64,000 bases of DNA from the NCBI GenBank assembly GCA_030041455.1, contig JASHNV010000119.1:19787-83786 (forward strand), given 5' to 3'. The number at the start of each line of letters is the position of its first letter. The first letter of the stretch is position 1. This stretch comes from Spirochaetia bacterium (lineage in GTDB: Bacteria; Spirochaetota; Spirochaetia; DAHUYW01). Positions 1-9,306 of this stretch are shown here, in pieces. The notes beneath the pieces were generated by a model. That model was given only the letters and a program-made list of their open reading frames with translations, had not been told where the DNA came from and did no database searches. A program made the position numbers and the translations under genes.

Positions 1-86
1 CACGCGAGCCTTCATGACACTCTCTCTATCGGCCGGCGTGGTTGATATTTTACGCTTTTCATCTATACACTTCCCCACGGTAAGCC

Positions 87-1796
87 ATGAGAAGCCTGTT
101 GTACGCATGCTGCGGATGTGTCCTTCTCGCGTCGTGCGCCACGCTCGGCGGGCCTCCGCTCAGCTCGGTCCCCCCGGCGCCTCAAGTCGCCATGCCGACG
201 GTTCCGACCACGCCGAACACCACCACCCCGTCGACGAGCGTCGCCACGATCACCGCCCAGACGCCGGAGCAAGCCGGACAGAGCGCGCCGGGAATCAAGT
301 TCATCTCCGAGCCCGAAGGCGCGCACGTCTACATCAACAACCTCTACATCGGCGACACGCCGCTCTTTTATACCGGCTACCAGCCGGGGCAGGTCAAGAT
401 CTCGATCCAGCTTGACGGGTACCACCCGAGCGATCGCTACATCGACCTCGACCCGACGTCGTACACGACCGTCGACGTCCAGCTCAATCCGATCTCCGGT
501 TTCCTGAACCTCTCGCTGTCGCCGAAGGGGGTCGCCGCGGCGATCTCGGTCGACGATCTCCCGTCGAAGAGCGGCATGACCGAGCTTCCCGTGGGCCAGC
601 ACAGCCTCCATATCGAGGCGTTCGGCTACAAGGATTTCGACGCTCAGTTCGACATCGCCGACAACCGCACGACGCCGCTTGCCGTCGCGCTCGCCGTGGC
701 GCCGTTCAAGCTCTCCAAGCTCGCGATATCCCGCCCCGTCCTCGACCCCGCGAATCCCGGCGTCCTCGGCACCCTCGAGATCTCCTTCCAGGCGAGCGGT
801 CCCGGGAGCGGCTCGGTCTCGATCGCCGATCGGACGGGCCGCCTCGTGTGGACGGACAGGCTTCCGCCGTTCACGGCCCGGCTGCAGGCGGTCGCGTGGA
901 ACGGAAGAGACTCGGGCGGCCGCGAGCTCCCCGACGGCGCCTACTCCGTGACCGTGGAAGGCGCCTCGGGCGGAGCGACGGACCGTCTCGCGGGGGCGGT
1001 CGAGATCTCGCACGCGGCGCTCATCGGCTATCGGAGCATGCTCTCGGGGGTCTCCGGCCTCCTCTTTGTCGGCTCCCCCGAGATCCTGCCTCCGTCGAGC
1101 TTCCAGATCGGCGTGATCAGCCTCGGCCACTTCGAGGCCGCGGGCGAGCTCATTCCCATCCAGCTCAGCGGTCGTTTCGTGCCGGCGAGCGGCGTCGAGC
1201 TCGACGTCCAGGGATCGCTCGAGCTCGGCTCCGTCGCGGTCGCGCCCTATTCCATCGGCGCGGCCGCGAAGCTCAGGCTCCTCGGCGAGGGGGCGAGCGG
1301 CTTCAGCGCGGCGCTCTCGGTCAAGGGGACCTACCTCGACGGCACGACTGCCGACACCCTGACGAACTTCACCGGGCTCTCGGTCGGAGCGCCGCTTGAG
1401 TACCGGATCGGGCCCTTCGGCGTCCTCGTCATGCCGGAAGTGACCGTCTCCCCGTTCTTCGTGAGCTCCTTGGGTCTCACCGCGGACGGCGGAACCGATT
1501 CCGACAACGGCGCGCTGAACGCGTCCCTCAACGTTTGGGGCTACGGGCGCGGCGGCCTCTTCCTCGACTTCGGCTCGATCGTCACCGGCGTCTCGGCGGC
1601 GCTGCGCACCGAGCCGTTCGCCGAGGGCCTCGGGCTCGACACGGTGCCGCTGACCGGCGGCTGGGAGATCCATTGGCTTCCCCCGGAGGGGAATCTCGTC
1701 CTCTCCGCCGACGTCGAAAGCGAGTACAGCCCGTCTCCGGCCGCGGGGGCGACGACGTACCTCCTCGTCGGCGCGGGCATAGGATGGATATTCTGA
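87..1796 (+). CDS. Lipoprotein with PEGA domain and FlgD-Ig-like domain
   Basis: N-terminal signal peptide with lipobox (LLASC). PEGAHVYINNLYIGDTPL motif is typical of the PEGA domain. A later segment (TGRLVWTD...WNGRDSGGRELPDGAYSVTVEG) resembles the FlgD Ig-like fold. The long antisense ORF 63..1673 is judged a GC artefact. Confidence 0.6.
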   Translation: MRSLLYACCGCVLLASCATLGGPPLSSVPPAPQVAMPTVPTTPNTTTPSTSVATITAQTPEQAGQSAPGIKFISEPEGAHVYINNLYIGDTPLFYTGYQPGQVKISIQLDGYHPSDRYIDLDPTSYTTVDVQLNPISGFLNLSLSPKGVAAAISVDDLPSKSGMTELPVGQHSLHIEAFGYKDFDAQFDIADNRTTPLAVALAVAPFKLSKLAISRPVLDPANPGVLGTLEISFQASGPGSGSVSIADRTGRLVWTDRLPPFTARLQAVAWNGRDSGGRELPDGAYSVTVEGASGGATDRLAGAVEISHAALIGYRSMLSGVSGLLFVGSPEILPPSSFQIGVISLGHFEAAGELIPIQLSGRFVPASGVELDVQGSLELGSVAVAPYSIGAAAKLRLLGEGASGFSAALSVKGTYLDGTTADTLTNFTGLSVGAPLEYRIGPFGVLVMPEVTVSPFFVSSLGLTADGGTDSDNGALNASLNVWGYGRGGLFLDFGSIVTGVSAALRTEPFAEGLGLDTVPLTGGWEIHWLPPEGNLVLSADVESEYSPSPAAGATTYLLVGAGIGWIF

Positions 1797-2137
1797 CGCC
1801 GGGGCGACCGCGCGCGACCGACCTCGACGTCGAGCTCCTGCGTCGCCTTCGCGCGCTCGCGCCGGTCCAGGCCGAGAACCGGCTCATGAGAGTCTCCGAT
1901 CGCGAGATCGCCCTCGCGATCTTCGCCATGGGCCCGCAGGAGCGCGGGCGGATCCTCTCGATTCTCGCCGTCGAGAAGCGGCGCCGAGTCGAGCAGGAGA
2001 CGAGGCTCCTCAGGCGTCTCGCGATCCGACCCGAGCAGCGCCGCACGGCGATCGCGCACCTCATCCAGCTCGTCGGAAGCGAGCGCTACACCGGGAGCCT
2101 GAGCGGCTATCTGCGTCCGCTCGCCCGCGGTCGATAG
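1784..2137 (+). CDS. Small hypothetical protein with a FliG-C/MgtE-N-like helical motif
   Basis: ATG overlaps the stop of the upstream lipoprotein gene (ATGGATATTCTGA), suggesting translational coupling. The segment SDREIALAIFAMGPQERGRILSIL resembles the FliG C-terminal / MgtE-N helical repeat. High GC makes a spurious ORF possible. Confidence 0.35.
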   Translation: MDILTPGRPRATDLDVELLRRLRALAPVQAENRLMRVSDREIALAIFAMGPQERGRILSILAVEKRRRVEQETRLLRRLAIRPEQRRTAIAHLIQLVGSERYTGSLSGYLRPLARGR

Positions 2138-2350
2138 CGCGCGGTCTGCGCCACGACGCCGCGCGGCACGGGTGCGCTCTCGTTTTATGGAAAGGTTTAG
2201 CCTGCGCGATCGCCCTTGAGGTGAGGAGCGAGCTCGAGCCTGCGACCCGGGTCTCGGCGTCGTCGGCCGCGACGCGAACCAGTGGTTCGAGACGCGCGAG
2301 GGAATGGAGATCCGAGCCTCGACGCCCGGAGGCTCGCGAAGCCCCGAGCT

Positions 2351-3139
2351 TCAGGCGGAGGGCATCTTGACGCCGATTCTTCCGGTGTAGTCGATCCGGT
2401 TGAGGAGGATGGGATTGCCCCGCTCGGGGGCGAAGAACTCGTCCACCGCCCTTCGCGCCCCTTCGAAGTGACCGTAGTCGTCGACGATGAGGACGCCCCC
2501 CGGGCTCAGGCAAGGGTAGAGCGCTTCGAGCTCCGCCTTCGTCGACTCGTACCAGTCGGTATCGAGCCTGAGGAGCGCGATGCGCGAAGGCTTCTTCTCC
2601 GAAAGCGTGGACGCGACGTCGCCGGGAACGAGCACCGTCGAGCCCCGGGGGAAGCCGGTGGCCGCCATGTTCCCGGCGACCTCCTCCATGCCGACCGACC
2701 AGGCCGTGAAGTTCCGCGTGGCGCCGCTTCGGTCGGCCTCCCACCGCTCGAGGACCCCTGAGCCGTTCCACCGGATCCGATCGACGCTCGTCGGTCGGGT
2801 GGGCCCCGCGAAGGTGTCGTAGAGGTAGATGCTCCGCCTGCCCGCCTCCTCGGCTCGGCCGCCGGAGAGGGCGAGGAGCGTGCGCGCCGCGAGCATGCAC
2901 GAGCCGCCCTTCCACACCCCGCACTCGACGACGTCGCCGGGGATTCCGGCCCCTTCGAGGTATCGGAGCGCCTCATAGAGCGCGTAGCCGCGCTCGAGGG
3001 AGGTCATGGTAAACGGAGAGACGGCGCGCCAGATCTCGAGGAAATCCTCCGGAATATCGACGCGGAACTGGTCGGGGGTCACCACCCCGAAGCCTTTGCG
3101 CGTGAGCTCCTCGACGAGCTCCCGTTCGGACTCGTACAT
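2351..3139 (-). CDS. Class I SAM-dependent O-methyltransferase, TylF/MycF (macrocin O-methyltransferase) family
   Basis: 262 aa. Conserved C-terminal LRLDTDWYESTKAELEALYPCLSPGGVLIVDDYG is typical of the TylF family. Starts 3 nt after the ligA stop on the same strand. The ORF-track extension to 3970 overlaps ligA and is an artefact. Confidence 0.65.
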   Translation of the reverse strand: MYESERELVEELTRKGFGVVTPDQFRVDIPEDFLEIWRAVSPFTMTSLERGYALYEALRYLEGAGIPGDVVECGVWKGGSCMLAARTLLALSGGRAEEAGRRSIYLYDTFAGPTRPTSVDRIRWNGSGVLERWEADRSGATRNFTAWSVGMEEVAGNMAATGFPRGSTVLVPGDVASTLSEKKPSRIALLRLDTDWYESTKAELEALYPCLSPGGVLIVDDYGHFEGARRAVDEFFAPERGNPILLNRIDYTGRIGVKMPSA

Positions 3140-3141
3140 GC

Positions 3142-5226
3142 CTAATCCTCCCGCTTCGGTTCCGGAGCCCGAGCGAGCATGAGGAGGAACTCTTCCTCCG
3201 ACACGATCCGGGCGCCCACCGCGCGCGCCTTCTCGAGCTTGCTTCCGCCGCCCTCCCCCGCGAGGAGGTGCGTCGTCTTTCCGGACACCGAGGCGACGAC
3301 CTTTCCGCCTCGCCGCTTGACCTCCTCCATCGCGAGCTCGCGGGGCGTGAAGCGCTCGAAGCTCCCGGTGACGCACCACGTCTGACCCTTGAAGATCTGC
3401 TCCGCTCCGGCGGCCTCGCCGCGGGCCTCCTCGACGAAGGAGAGTCCCGCCGCGCGCAGGCGCTCGATCTGCTCCCGCACGTCGGGCCGCCTGAGCCCCT
3501 CGAGGACGGTCTGCGCGGTCTTCTCCCCGATTCCCGGGATGACGGTGAGCGCCTCGACGCTCCCGGCGTCGGCGAGGGCGAGGAGCTCGTCGATCGAGCG
3601 GTATCCCGAGTCGACGAGGAGCTCGGCGACCTTTTGACCGAGCTCGGCGAGACCGAGCGACTGCAGGACCACCCGAAAGGGCTGCGCCTTGCTCTTCTCG
3701 ATGCCGGCCCGGATAAGGGAGATCTTCTTCTCGCCGAAGCCGGGCAGCTCCGCGAGCTTGCCGTAGTCGAAGGCGTAGAGATCGGCGGGGGCCCGGAGGC
3801 TTTCGCGCTCCATGAGGACGTCGATCGTTTCCGGCCCGAGGTTCTCGATATCCATCTGACCGCGGCCGACGAAAAAGAGCAGGCGCCCTCGGACCTGCGC
3901 CGGACAATCGCGGTTCGGGCAGAAATGGTGCGCGCCGACCACGACGAGGCCGCTTTCGCACGCGGGACAACGGTCGGGCATTCTCCAGGTGCTGTTCGTA
4001 TCGTTCTTTTCGATCACCCGCTCGACGGCCGGGATCACGTCGCCGCGCCGGGAGACCGCGACGCTGTCGCCGATCGCAAGGTCGAGCATGTTGATGTAGT
4101 CCTGGTTGTGGAGCGTGACGTTCGAGATCGTGGTGCCGCCGACGGCCACCGGCCTCACGCGGGCGACCGGCGTGATCCGTCCGGTGCGCCCCACCTGCAC
4201 GTCGATTCCCTGAACCACCGTGACGCCCTCGGGAGCCTCGAACTTGTAGGCGATCGCCCAGCGCGGGTGGTGGCCCGTGTAGCCGAGGAGCTCCCGGCGA
4301 TCGAGCTCGTTGACCTTGGCGACAAGCCCGTCGATCTCATAGGGGAGCGCTCGCCGGGTCTCCCGCTGCGCGCCGAGATAGCGCACCATCGCGTCGAAGT
4401 CTCCGAAGGTCCACTCCGGGTGCCGCTCCCTCAGGGAGGAGAGCTTGCCCCCGAGCTCGCCGTCCGCGCTGAACAGTCCGATCCTCGTGCTCACCCGCAG
4501 CCCGAGCTCCTCGAGGAGGCTGAGCACCTCGACGTGCGACTTCGGGTCCGCGCCCCCGGTAAAAAAGCCCTCGTAGGCGAAGATCGTGAGGGGAACCGCG
4601 GCGACGTCCGAGCTCCTCACCCTCCGAAGGGTTCCCGCGGCGAGGTTTCGCGGGTTCGCGTAGGGTATCTCCATCGACGAGTTGATCCTCGCGAACTCGT
4701 CGATGGGGAGGAAAACTTCTCCCCGGACCGCCACGCTCACCGCGCGGGCGAGGCGGAGAGGAATCGTTCGGATCGTCTTGACGTTGGCGGTGACGTCGTT
4801 GCCCTTCAGGCCGTTGCCGCGGGTCACGCCGCGGACGAGCACCCCCTTCTCGTAGTAGAGAACCATGGAAGAGCCGTCGATCTTCTCCTCGACGGTGAAG
4901 CTGACCTCGGCGCCGCTCGATCCTTGGATTTTCCGAGCCCAGGCGACGATCTCTTCGTGGGCGTAGGCCTTGTCGAGACTCAAGACGGGAATGGTGTGCT
5001 CGACCTCGGGAAGCTCGGAGGAGAGGTCGGAACCCACGCGGGCGGTCGGGGAATCGGGCGTTCTTAAGTCCGGGAAGTCGCGCTCGAGCGAGGCAAGCTG
5101 GTCGTAGAGGGCGTCGTACTCTCGGTCCGACAGCGTCGGCGCCGCGAGGACGTAGTACTCGTGCTCGTGGCGGCGCAGCAGCTCGGAGAGTCTCTTGATC
5201 TCCCGCGCCGCCTCTTTGCGCGTCAC
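3142..5226 (-). CDS. ligA: NAD-dependent DNA ligase
   Basis: 694 aa. Contains the adenylation domain, OB fold, Zn-finger Cys cluster (CPACESGLVVVGAHHFCPNRDCPAQ), HhH motifs and C-terminal BRCT, all as expected for LigA. Confidence 0.95.
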   Translation of the reverse strand: MTRKEAAREIKRLSELLRRHEHEYYVLAAPTLSDREYDALYDQLASLERDFPDLRTPDSPTARVGSDLSSELPEVEHTIPVLSLDKAYAHEEIVAWARKIQGSSGAEVSFTVEEKIDGSSMVLYYEKGVLVRGVTRGNGLKGNDVTANVKTIRTIPLRLARAVSVAVRGEVFLPIDEFARINSSMEIPYANPRNLAAGTLRRVRSSDVAAVPLTIFAYEGFFTGGADPKSHVEVLSLLEELGLRVSTRIGLFSADGELGGKLSSLRERHPEWTFGDFDAMVRYLGAQRETRRALPYEIDGLVAKVNELDRRELLGYTGHHPRWAIAYKFEAPEGVTVVQGIDVQVGRTGRITPVARVRPVAVGGTTISNVTLHNQDYINMLDLAIGDSVAVSRRGDVIPAVERVIEKNDTNSTWRMPDRCPACESGLVVVGAHHFCPNRDCPAQVRGRLLFFVGRGQMDIENLGPETIDVLMERESLRAPADLYAFDYGKLAELPGFGEKKISLIRAGIEKSKAQPFRVVLQSLGLAELGQKVAELLVDSGYRSIDELLALADAGSVEALTVIPGIGEKTAQTVLEGLRRPDVREQIERLRAAGLSFVEEARGEAAGAEQIFKGQTWCVTGSFERFTPRELAMEEVKRRGGKVVASVSGKTTHLLAGEGGGSKLEKARAVGARIVSEEEFLLMLARAPEPKRED

Positions 5227-5230
5227 GCCT

Positions 5231-6451
5231 TCAGTTGACCTTCCGGAGGAAGGCGTCCCGGTATCCGAGTGCGATGAACTGGTAGAGAAGAGCGCCGCTC
5301 TCGTCCCGCTTCAGCGGGCCGACGAGGACGCGGTAGACCTGCCGGCTGCTCGTCGTCGCGGCGAAGACCGAGACGGGATAGACCTGCGACAGGCTTGCCG
5401 CGAGGCTGAGCGCGTTCCCGGATTCGAAGAACGAGGCGAGCTGGACGTAGTAGGAGTCGGCCGCCATGCTCGCTTCGGGCTGCACGCCCGCGGGAAGGCT
5501 CGCTTGCGTCGGCTGCGTCGCGGCGGCTACCTCGCTTCCGGCGACCGGGACCGGAGCCGTTTGGGCGCTCGGTACCGCCTGCGCGGCCGATGCGGCCAGG
5601 ACGCCCGCAGGAGCGGCGGAGGCCGGAACCGGGAGGCTCCCGGAGAGCGCCAGGGGCTCGCTCCTCGGCGCGGCGGGCTCGGAGAGATCGAGGACGCGCG
5701 GCTCCCCCGCGATCTCCGTGGGCGGCGCCACCGCGCCGGCCTGGGAGAGCGCGGCAGCCTGAGGCGGCTGGATGCCCGCGAGATCCTCGCTCGGCGCCGA
5801 ACCCGCGCTCCGAAGCACGGGGGCCGGGAGAGCCGCGAGCTTGGGAGCTCCGTTGTTGACCGGAGGGGTCGGAAGAGGCTCGATGTCGGGCACCTCGGGC
5901 GTCCCCGCGGAAGAGGAGGGGGCGAGAGCCGCGGACTTCGCGCTCGCCGCGGGGGCGGCTCCCGCCGCCAAGCCCGCGGCGGGGCTTGCCGCCTGGGAGA
6001 CCGAGCTCGTTGCGGTCGTGGCGAGATAGCGGTTCAGGAACGCGAGGCTCGAGGGGTTCCCTACCCCGGCGGCGGGATTGATATCCGAGTCCGGGCTGTA
6101 GGGCAAGTCGCCGGGCGAGCCCGCCGCGTTCGGTCCGCTCGGAAGGGTGATCTCCACCCGCGCCGAGCCCCCGGACGCGACGCCGAGCGCGGCGCCCGCG
6201 TCGTTTGAAAGGAGCAGGAACAGACCGCTTTCGGAGACGCGGTCGATGATGAGCACGCTGGTCTGCTTCCCGTTGTCGAGGTTCTTGACGTTCACGAGGG
6301 TATTCTGCGGAAAGGAGTTCGAGGCGCCGTAGAGACCGCTTGAGGGAAACACTCCGTAGCTGCTCACGGCGGCGGTGCCCTCCCACGTCTGCTGCGCGAA
6401 AAGCGCGCTTGCGCACGTGAGAAATGCCAAGAACGCTCCAAACCGTCTCAT
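5231..6451 (-). CDS. rlpA: Septal ring lytic transglycosylase RlpA-like protein (DPBB domain plus C-terminal SPOR domain)
   Basis: Signal peptide (MRRFGAFLAFLTCASALFAQQ). RlpA-like double-psi beta-barrel segment (NTLVNVKNLDNGKQTSVLIIDRVS). Ala/Pro-rich linker. C-terminal SPOR-like segment (YYVQLASFFESGNALSLA...YRVLVGPL). Confidence 0.7.
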   Translation of the reverse strand: MRRFGAFLAFLTCASALFAQQTWEGTAAVSSYGVFPSSGLYGASNSFPQNTLVNVKNLDNGKQTSVLIIDRVSESGLFLLLSNDAGAALGVASGGSARVEITLPSGPNAAGSPGDLPYSPDSDINPAAGVGNPSSLAFLNRYLATTATSSVSQAASPAAGLAAGAAPAASAKSAALAPSSSAGTPEVPDIEPLPTPPVNNGAPKLAALPAPVLRSAGSAPSEDLAGIQPPQAAALSQAGAVAPPTEIAGEPRVLDLSEPAAPRSEPLALSGSLPVPASAAPAGVLAASAAQAVPSAQTAPVPVAGSEVAAATQPTQASLPAGVQPEASMAADSYYVQLASFFESGNALSLAASLSQVYPVSVFAATTSSRQVYRVLVGPLKRDESGALLYQFIALGYRDAFLRKVN

Positions 6452-6512
6452 TCCCTCGTTCTCCTGATATATCTTCGGGAGACTTTCGCGTGAGTTTGAG
6501 CCTTTTGCGCAA

Positions 6513-7040
6513 TCAAAGCAATGGCTGTTTCCAATCCCTCAGAACGTCGCGCGCGACCTCCTGTCCGAGCGCATAGCAGAGATCGTAGGGAGTTTTGCGG
6601 TCCGCGGCGTTCTTCGGCGGCACCTGGGGAACGAGGCTCCCTTCCGCGATCGTCCGACCCGAGCTCAGGTGGAGGAACTTGTAGTGGATCCCGGTCGGAA
6701 CCACCGACGGGCTCGGCGCGTCGGGAAAGGAGAGCTCGACCTCGAGGAGATAGCTCGCGCCTCCGGTTTTCGCCGTCTCGGCGGCCCACGTCTCCGACGG
6801 ATTGGCCGACGGGGCGCCGCTCTTCGCGCTCTGGGGCAGCCCGGTGTCGAAGATGATGTGGCCGGAATCGAAGAACAGCGCCATGACGCCGTCCTCGATC
6901 GCCACGTAGCGCTCCACGTTCTTGTTCTGCGAGTCGGCGCTCGCCCGCATTTGCGTGTACAGCATGACGGTGTCAGCGAAGGCGGCTCCTCCGGCAAGGA
7001 AGAACGCGCAGAGAAAGGACCCGATTATCCAACGTTTCAT
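6513..7040 (-). CDS. Hypothetical secreted protein
   Basis: 175 aa beginning MKRWIIGSFLCAFFLAGGAAFA (signal peptide). No recognisable domain. The upstream part of ORF 6513..7616 is a low-complexity GC artefact. Confidence 0.45.
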   Translation of the reverse strand: MKRWIIGSFLCAFFLAGGAAFADTVMLYTQMRASADSQNKNVERYVAIEDGVMALFFDSGHIIFDTGLPQSAKSGAPSANPSETWAAETAKTGGASYLLEVELSFPDAPSPSVVPTGIHYKFLHLSSGRTIAEGSLVPQVPPKNAADRKTPYDLCYALGQEVARDVLRDWKQPLL

Positions 7041-7271
7041 GTCGCCATCCTTAGCACGTACTTGATCATAATGTCGGCGCGAATCGGCCTCCAGTTGAAT
7101 GTCTTCGGCGTCCGTGCTACCTTCGTCGCGCGAGGATAAGGAGCGCCGCTTGAAGAGATCGGAGCGCTTCGGGGGCGTGAAGGAGCGGCTTTCCGCTTCC
7201 CGCGATTCGGCGGCGCGGCGGTTCGCCCCCGCCTCGAGCCGCTCGGGCGCCGATCCGGGCCGCGCGCGGAG

Positions 7272-7847
7272 ATGAGCTACTTCGTCATTCAAGTCATGAC
7301 GCGAAGCGAGGATCGATTCATCCGACTCGCGTCGAACGCCCTCCTCGTCGCCGCCTCTTCCGACGGCGAGCCCGGCGCCGAGGAGCTTCGACCCGGGCGC
7401 CTCTTCTGGCCGCGGCGGCGCCTGACGATCCGCAAGGGCGGCGTGAACCGGCTCTCCCTCGCTCCCATCTTCCCGGGCTACGTATTCTACGAGGCCGAGG
7501 GCCTCGACTCCCGCGCCTACTGGGAGATGAAGCGGCAGACCGGCTTCATCCGCTTCCTGAAGGACAACAGCCAGATCGAGCCGCTCGCCGGGACCGGGTT
7601 GGAGCTCCTCGTCCATTTCATCTCCTTCGGGGAGATCGTGGACAAGTCGCAGGCGTATTTCGACGAAAATCAGCGCATCCGCATTACGAGCGGCCCGCTA
7701 AAAGGGCTTGAAGGCCGCATCACGAAGGTCGATAAGAGAAGAGGACGGGCGAAGGTCAGGCTCGCCCTCTACGAGGAAGCGTTCCTCATCGACTTCGGGT
7801 TCGAACTCTTGGAAACGGCGGATGCGAATGAAAAAGGGAAGGCATGA
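7272..7847 (+). CDS. Specialised NusG-family transcription antiterminator paralog (UpxY/LoaP/RfaH-like): NGN domain plus KOW
   Basis: 191 aa. NGN-like N-terminus (YFVIQVMTRSEDRFIRL ... IFPGYVFYEAEGLDSRAYWEMKRQTGFIRFL). C-terminal KOW-like motif (ITSGPLKGLEGRITKVDKRRGRAKVRL). Not in the secE-nusG-rplK context. Lies directly upstream of polysaccharide-type genes. Confidence 0.7.
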   Translation: MSYFVIQVMTRSEDRFIRLASNALLVAASSDGEPGAEELRPGRLFWPRRRLTIRKGGVNRLSLAPIFPGYVFYEAEGLDSRAYWEMKRQTGFIRFLKDNSQIEPLAGTGLELLVHFISFGEIVDKSQAYFDENQRIRITSGPLKGLEGRITKVDKRRGRAKVRLALYEEAFLIDFGFELLETADANEKGKA

Positions 7848-9306
7848 CGGGATCTACATCGTGGGAGCGGGCTTCGCCGGCCGCGCGCTCGCGCGGGAGC
7901 TCAAGGACAAGGGCAACCTCGGAAGCGTGACGGCCTTCTTGGACGACGACCCCGAGAAGATCGGCGGCGCGGTGGACGGCATTCCGGTCTACGGTCCGAT
8001 CGCCGACGTCGAGAAGTTCATGGCGCGCGCTCCGGCGAGCGAGGCGCTCATCGCGCTCCCGTCGAGCGCGCGCGAGCGGCTGAAGAGCATCTACTGCACG
8101 CTCTCGCGCGCCGATTTCGAGCGGATCCGCATCCTTCCGGATTTGAGCCAGATCGTGGACGGCGAGGCGCATCTCATCCAAGCCCGCGAGATCGACGCCG
8201 ACGATCTCCTCGGGCGCAGCCCGGTCAACATCGGCCTGAAGAAAAGCCTCGACTATCTTCGCGGCAGACGGGTCGTCATCACCGGAGCGGGGGGAAGCAT
8301 CGGACGCGAGCTCGCCCGCCAGCTCCTCCACGGCGGCGCCGAGCGGCTCTACCTGCTCGACCACGAAGAGAACAGCATCTACGAAATCGACAAGGAGCTC
8401 CACCTCCTCCAAGAAGAGGGGGTCGGCGAGAAGGCGACGGTCGTCCCGGTTCTCGGGGACCTCCAGGACCGCGACTACGTTCGCTTCATCCTGCGGCGCC
8501 TGCGCGCGGACGTCGTCTTTCACGCCGCCGCCTACAAGCACGTTCCGATGCTCGAGTACAACCCGATCGAGGCCGTCAAGAACAACACGTTCGGCACCAA
8601 GAATCTCGTGGACGCCGCGATCGAGTGCGGAATCCCGCGCTTCGTGTTCATCTCCACCGACAAGGCGGTCCGCCCCAACTCGGTCTACGGCGCGTCGAAA
8701 ATGCTCGCCGAAGAGATCGTGCTCAAGCGGCGGCCCGGCCGCGGCGACTTCATGGTCGTCCGCTTCGGCAACGTGCTCGGCTCGCGCGGGAGCATCGTCC
8801 CGCTGTTCAAGCGCCAAATCCTGAAAGGGGGGCCGGTCACGGTGACCCATCCGGAGATGAGCCGGTTCTTCATGACGATTCCGGAAGCCTCCTCGCTCGT
8901 CCTGAAGGCCGGGGGCGTCGGCAAGGGCGGCGACCTCTACATCCTCGACATGGGCGAGCCTATCCTCATCCGCGACCTCGCCGAGTCCATGATCCGCTTT
9001 TACGGCTTCGAGCCCGAAACGGAGATCCCGATCTCCTACATCGGACTGCGTCCCGGCGAGAAGATGCACGAAACCCTCTGGGACACCGACGAGCGGCCCA
9101 TGCCGACGGGATACTCGCGGATCAACCGGCTTCCGCGGGGAGAGCGGTTCAACGGATCGTTCGACTGCCTCCTCTCGAAGCTCCACGCCGTCTGTTTCTT
9201 CGATCCCGACAAGCCGGCGCTCTATCGCAACCGGCGCGAGCTTCGCGCGGTCCTCCGCGAGTACATCCCCTCGATCGAAGCGCCGCGCGATGAACCCGAA
9301 TACTGA
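7828..9306 (+). CDS. Nucleotide-sugar 4,6-dehydratase, CapD/PglF/WbpM family (soluble form without N-terminal TM domain)
   Basis: Two Rossmann motifs (IVGAGFAGRALAREL and VITGAGGSIGRELARQL). Catalytic region conserved with PglF/CapD (FISTDKAVRPNSVYGASK). Start taken at MKKGRHDG; it overlaps the NusG-paralog stop by about 20 nt. Confidence 0.8.
   Translation: MKKGRHDGIYIVGAGFAGRALARELKDKGNLGSVTAFLDDDPEKIGGAVDGIPVYGPIADVEKFMARAPASEALIALPSSARERLKSIYCTLSRADFERIRILPDLSQIVDGEAHLIQAREIDADDLLGRSPVNIGLKKSLDYLRGRRVVITGAGGSIGRELARQLLHGGAERLYLLDHEENSIYEIDKELHLLQEEGVGEKATVVPVLGDLQDRDYVRFILRRLRADVVFHAAAYKHVPMLEYNPIEAVKNNTFGTKNLVDAAIECGIPRFVFISTDKAVRPNSVYGASKMLAEEIVLKRRPGRGDFMVVRFGNVLGSRGSIVPLFKRQILKGGPVTVTHPEMSRFFMTIPEASSLVLKAGGVGKGGDLYILDMGEPILIRDLAESMIRFYGFEPETEIPISYIGLRPGEKMHETLWDTDERPMPTGYSRINRLPRGERFNGSFDCLLSKLHAVCFFDPDKPALYRNRRELRAVLREYIPSIEAPRDEPEY

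Noticed and set aside
63-1673. 536-aa ORF antisense to the PEGA lipoprotein gene
   Set aside because: Arg/Asp/Glu/Gly-rich low-complexity translation typical of antisense frames in high-GC DNA. The sense strand has a lipobox signal peptide and recognisable domains.
2351-3970. 539-aa extended ORF for the methyltransferase
   Set aside because: The upstream 277 codons overlap ligA antisense and are Arg/Gly/Pro-rich. The TylF-like homology starts at MYESERE (3139).
3268-5067. 599-aa ORF antisense to ligA; also 2061..2924(-) and 2506..2976(-) antisense or out of frame to the methyltransferase
   Set aside because: GC-driven open frames. The overlapping ligA and TylF-like genes have strong motif support.
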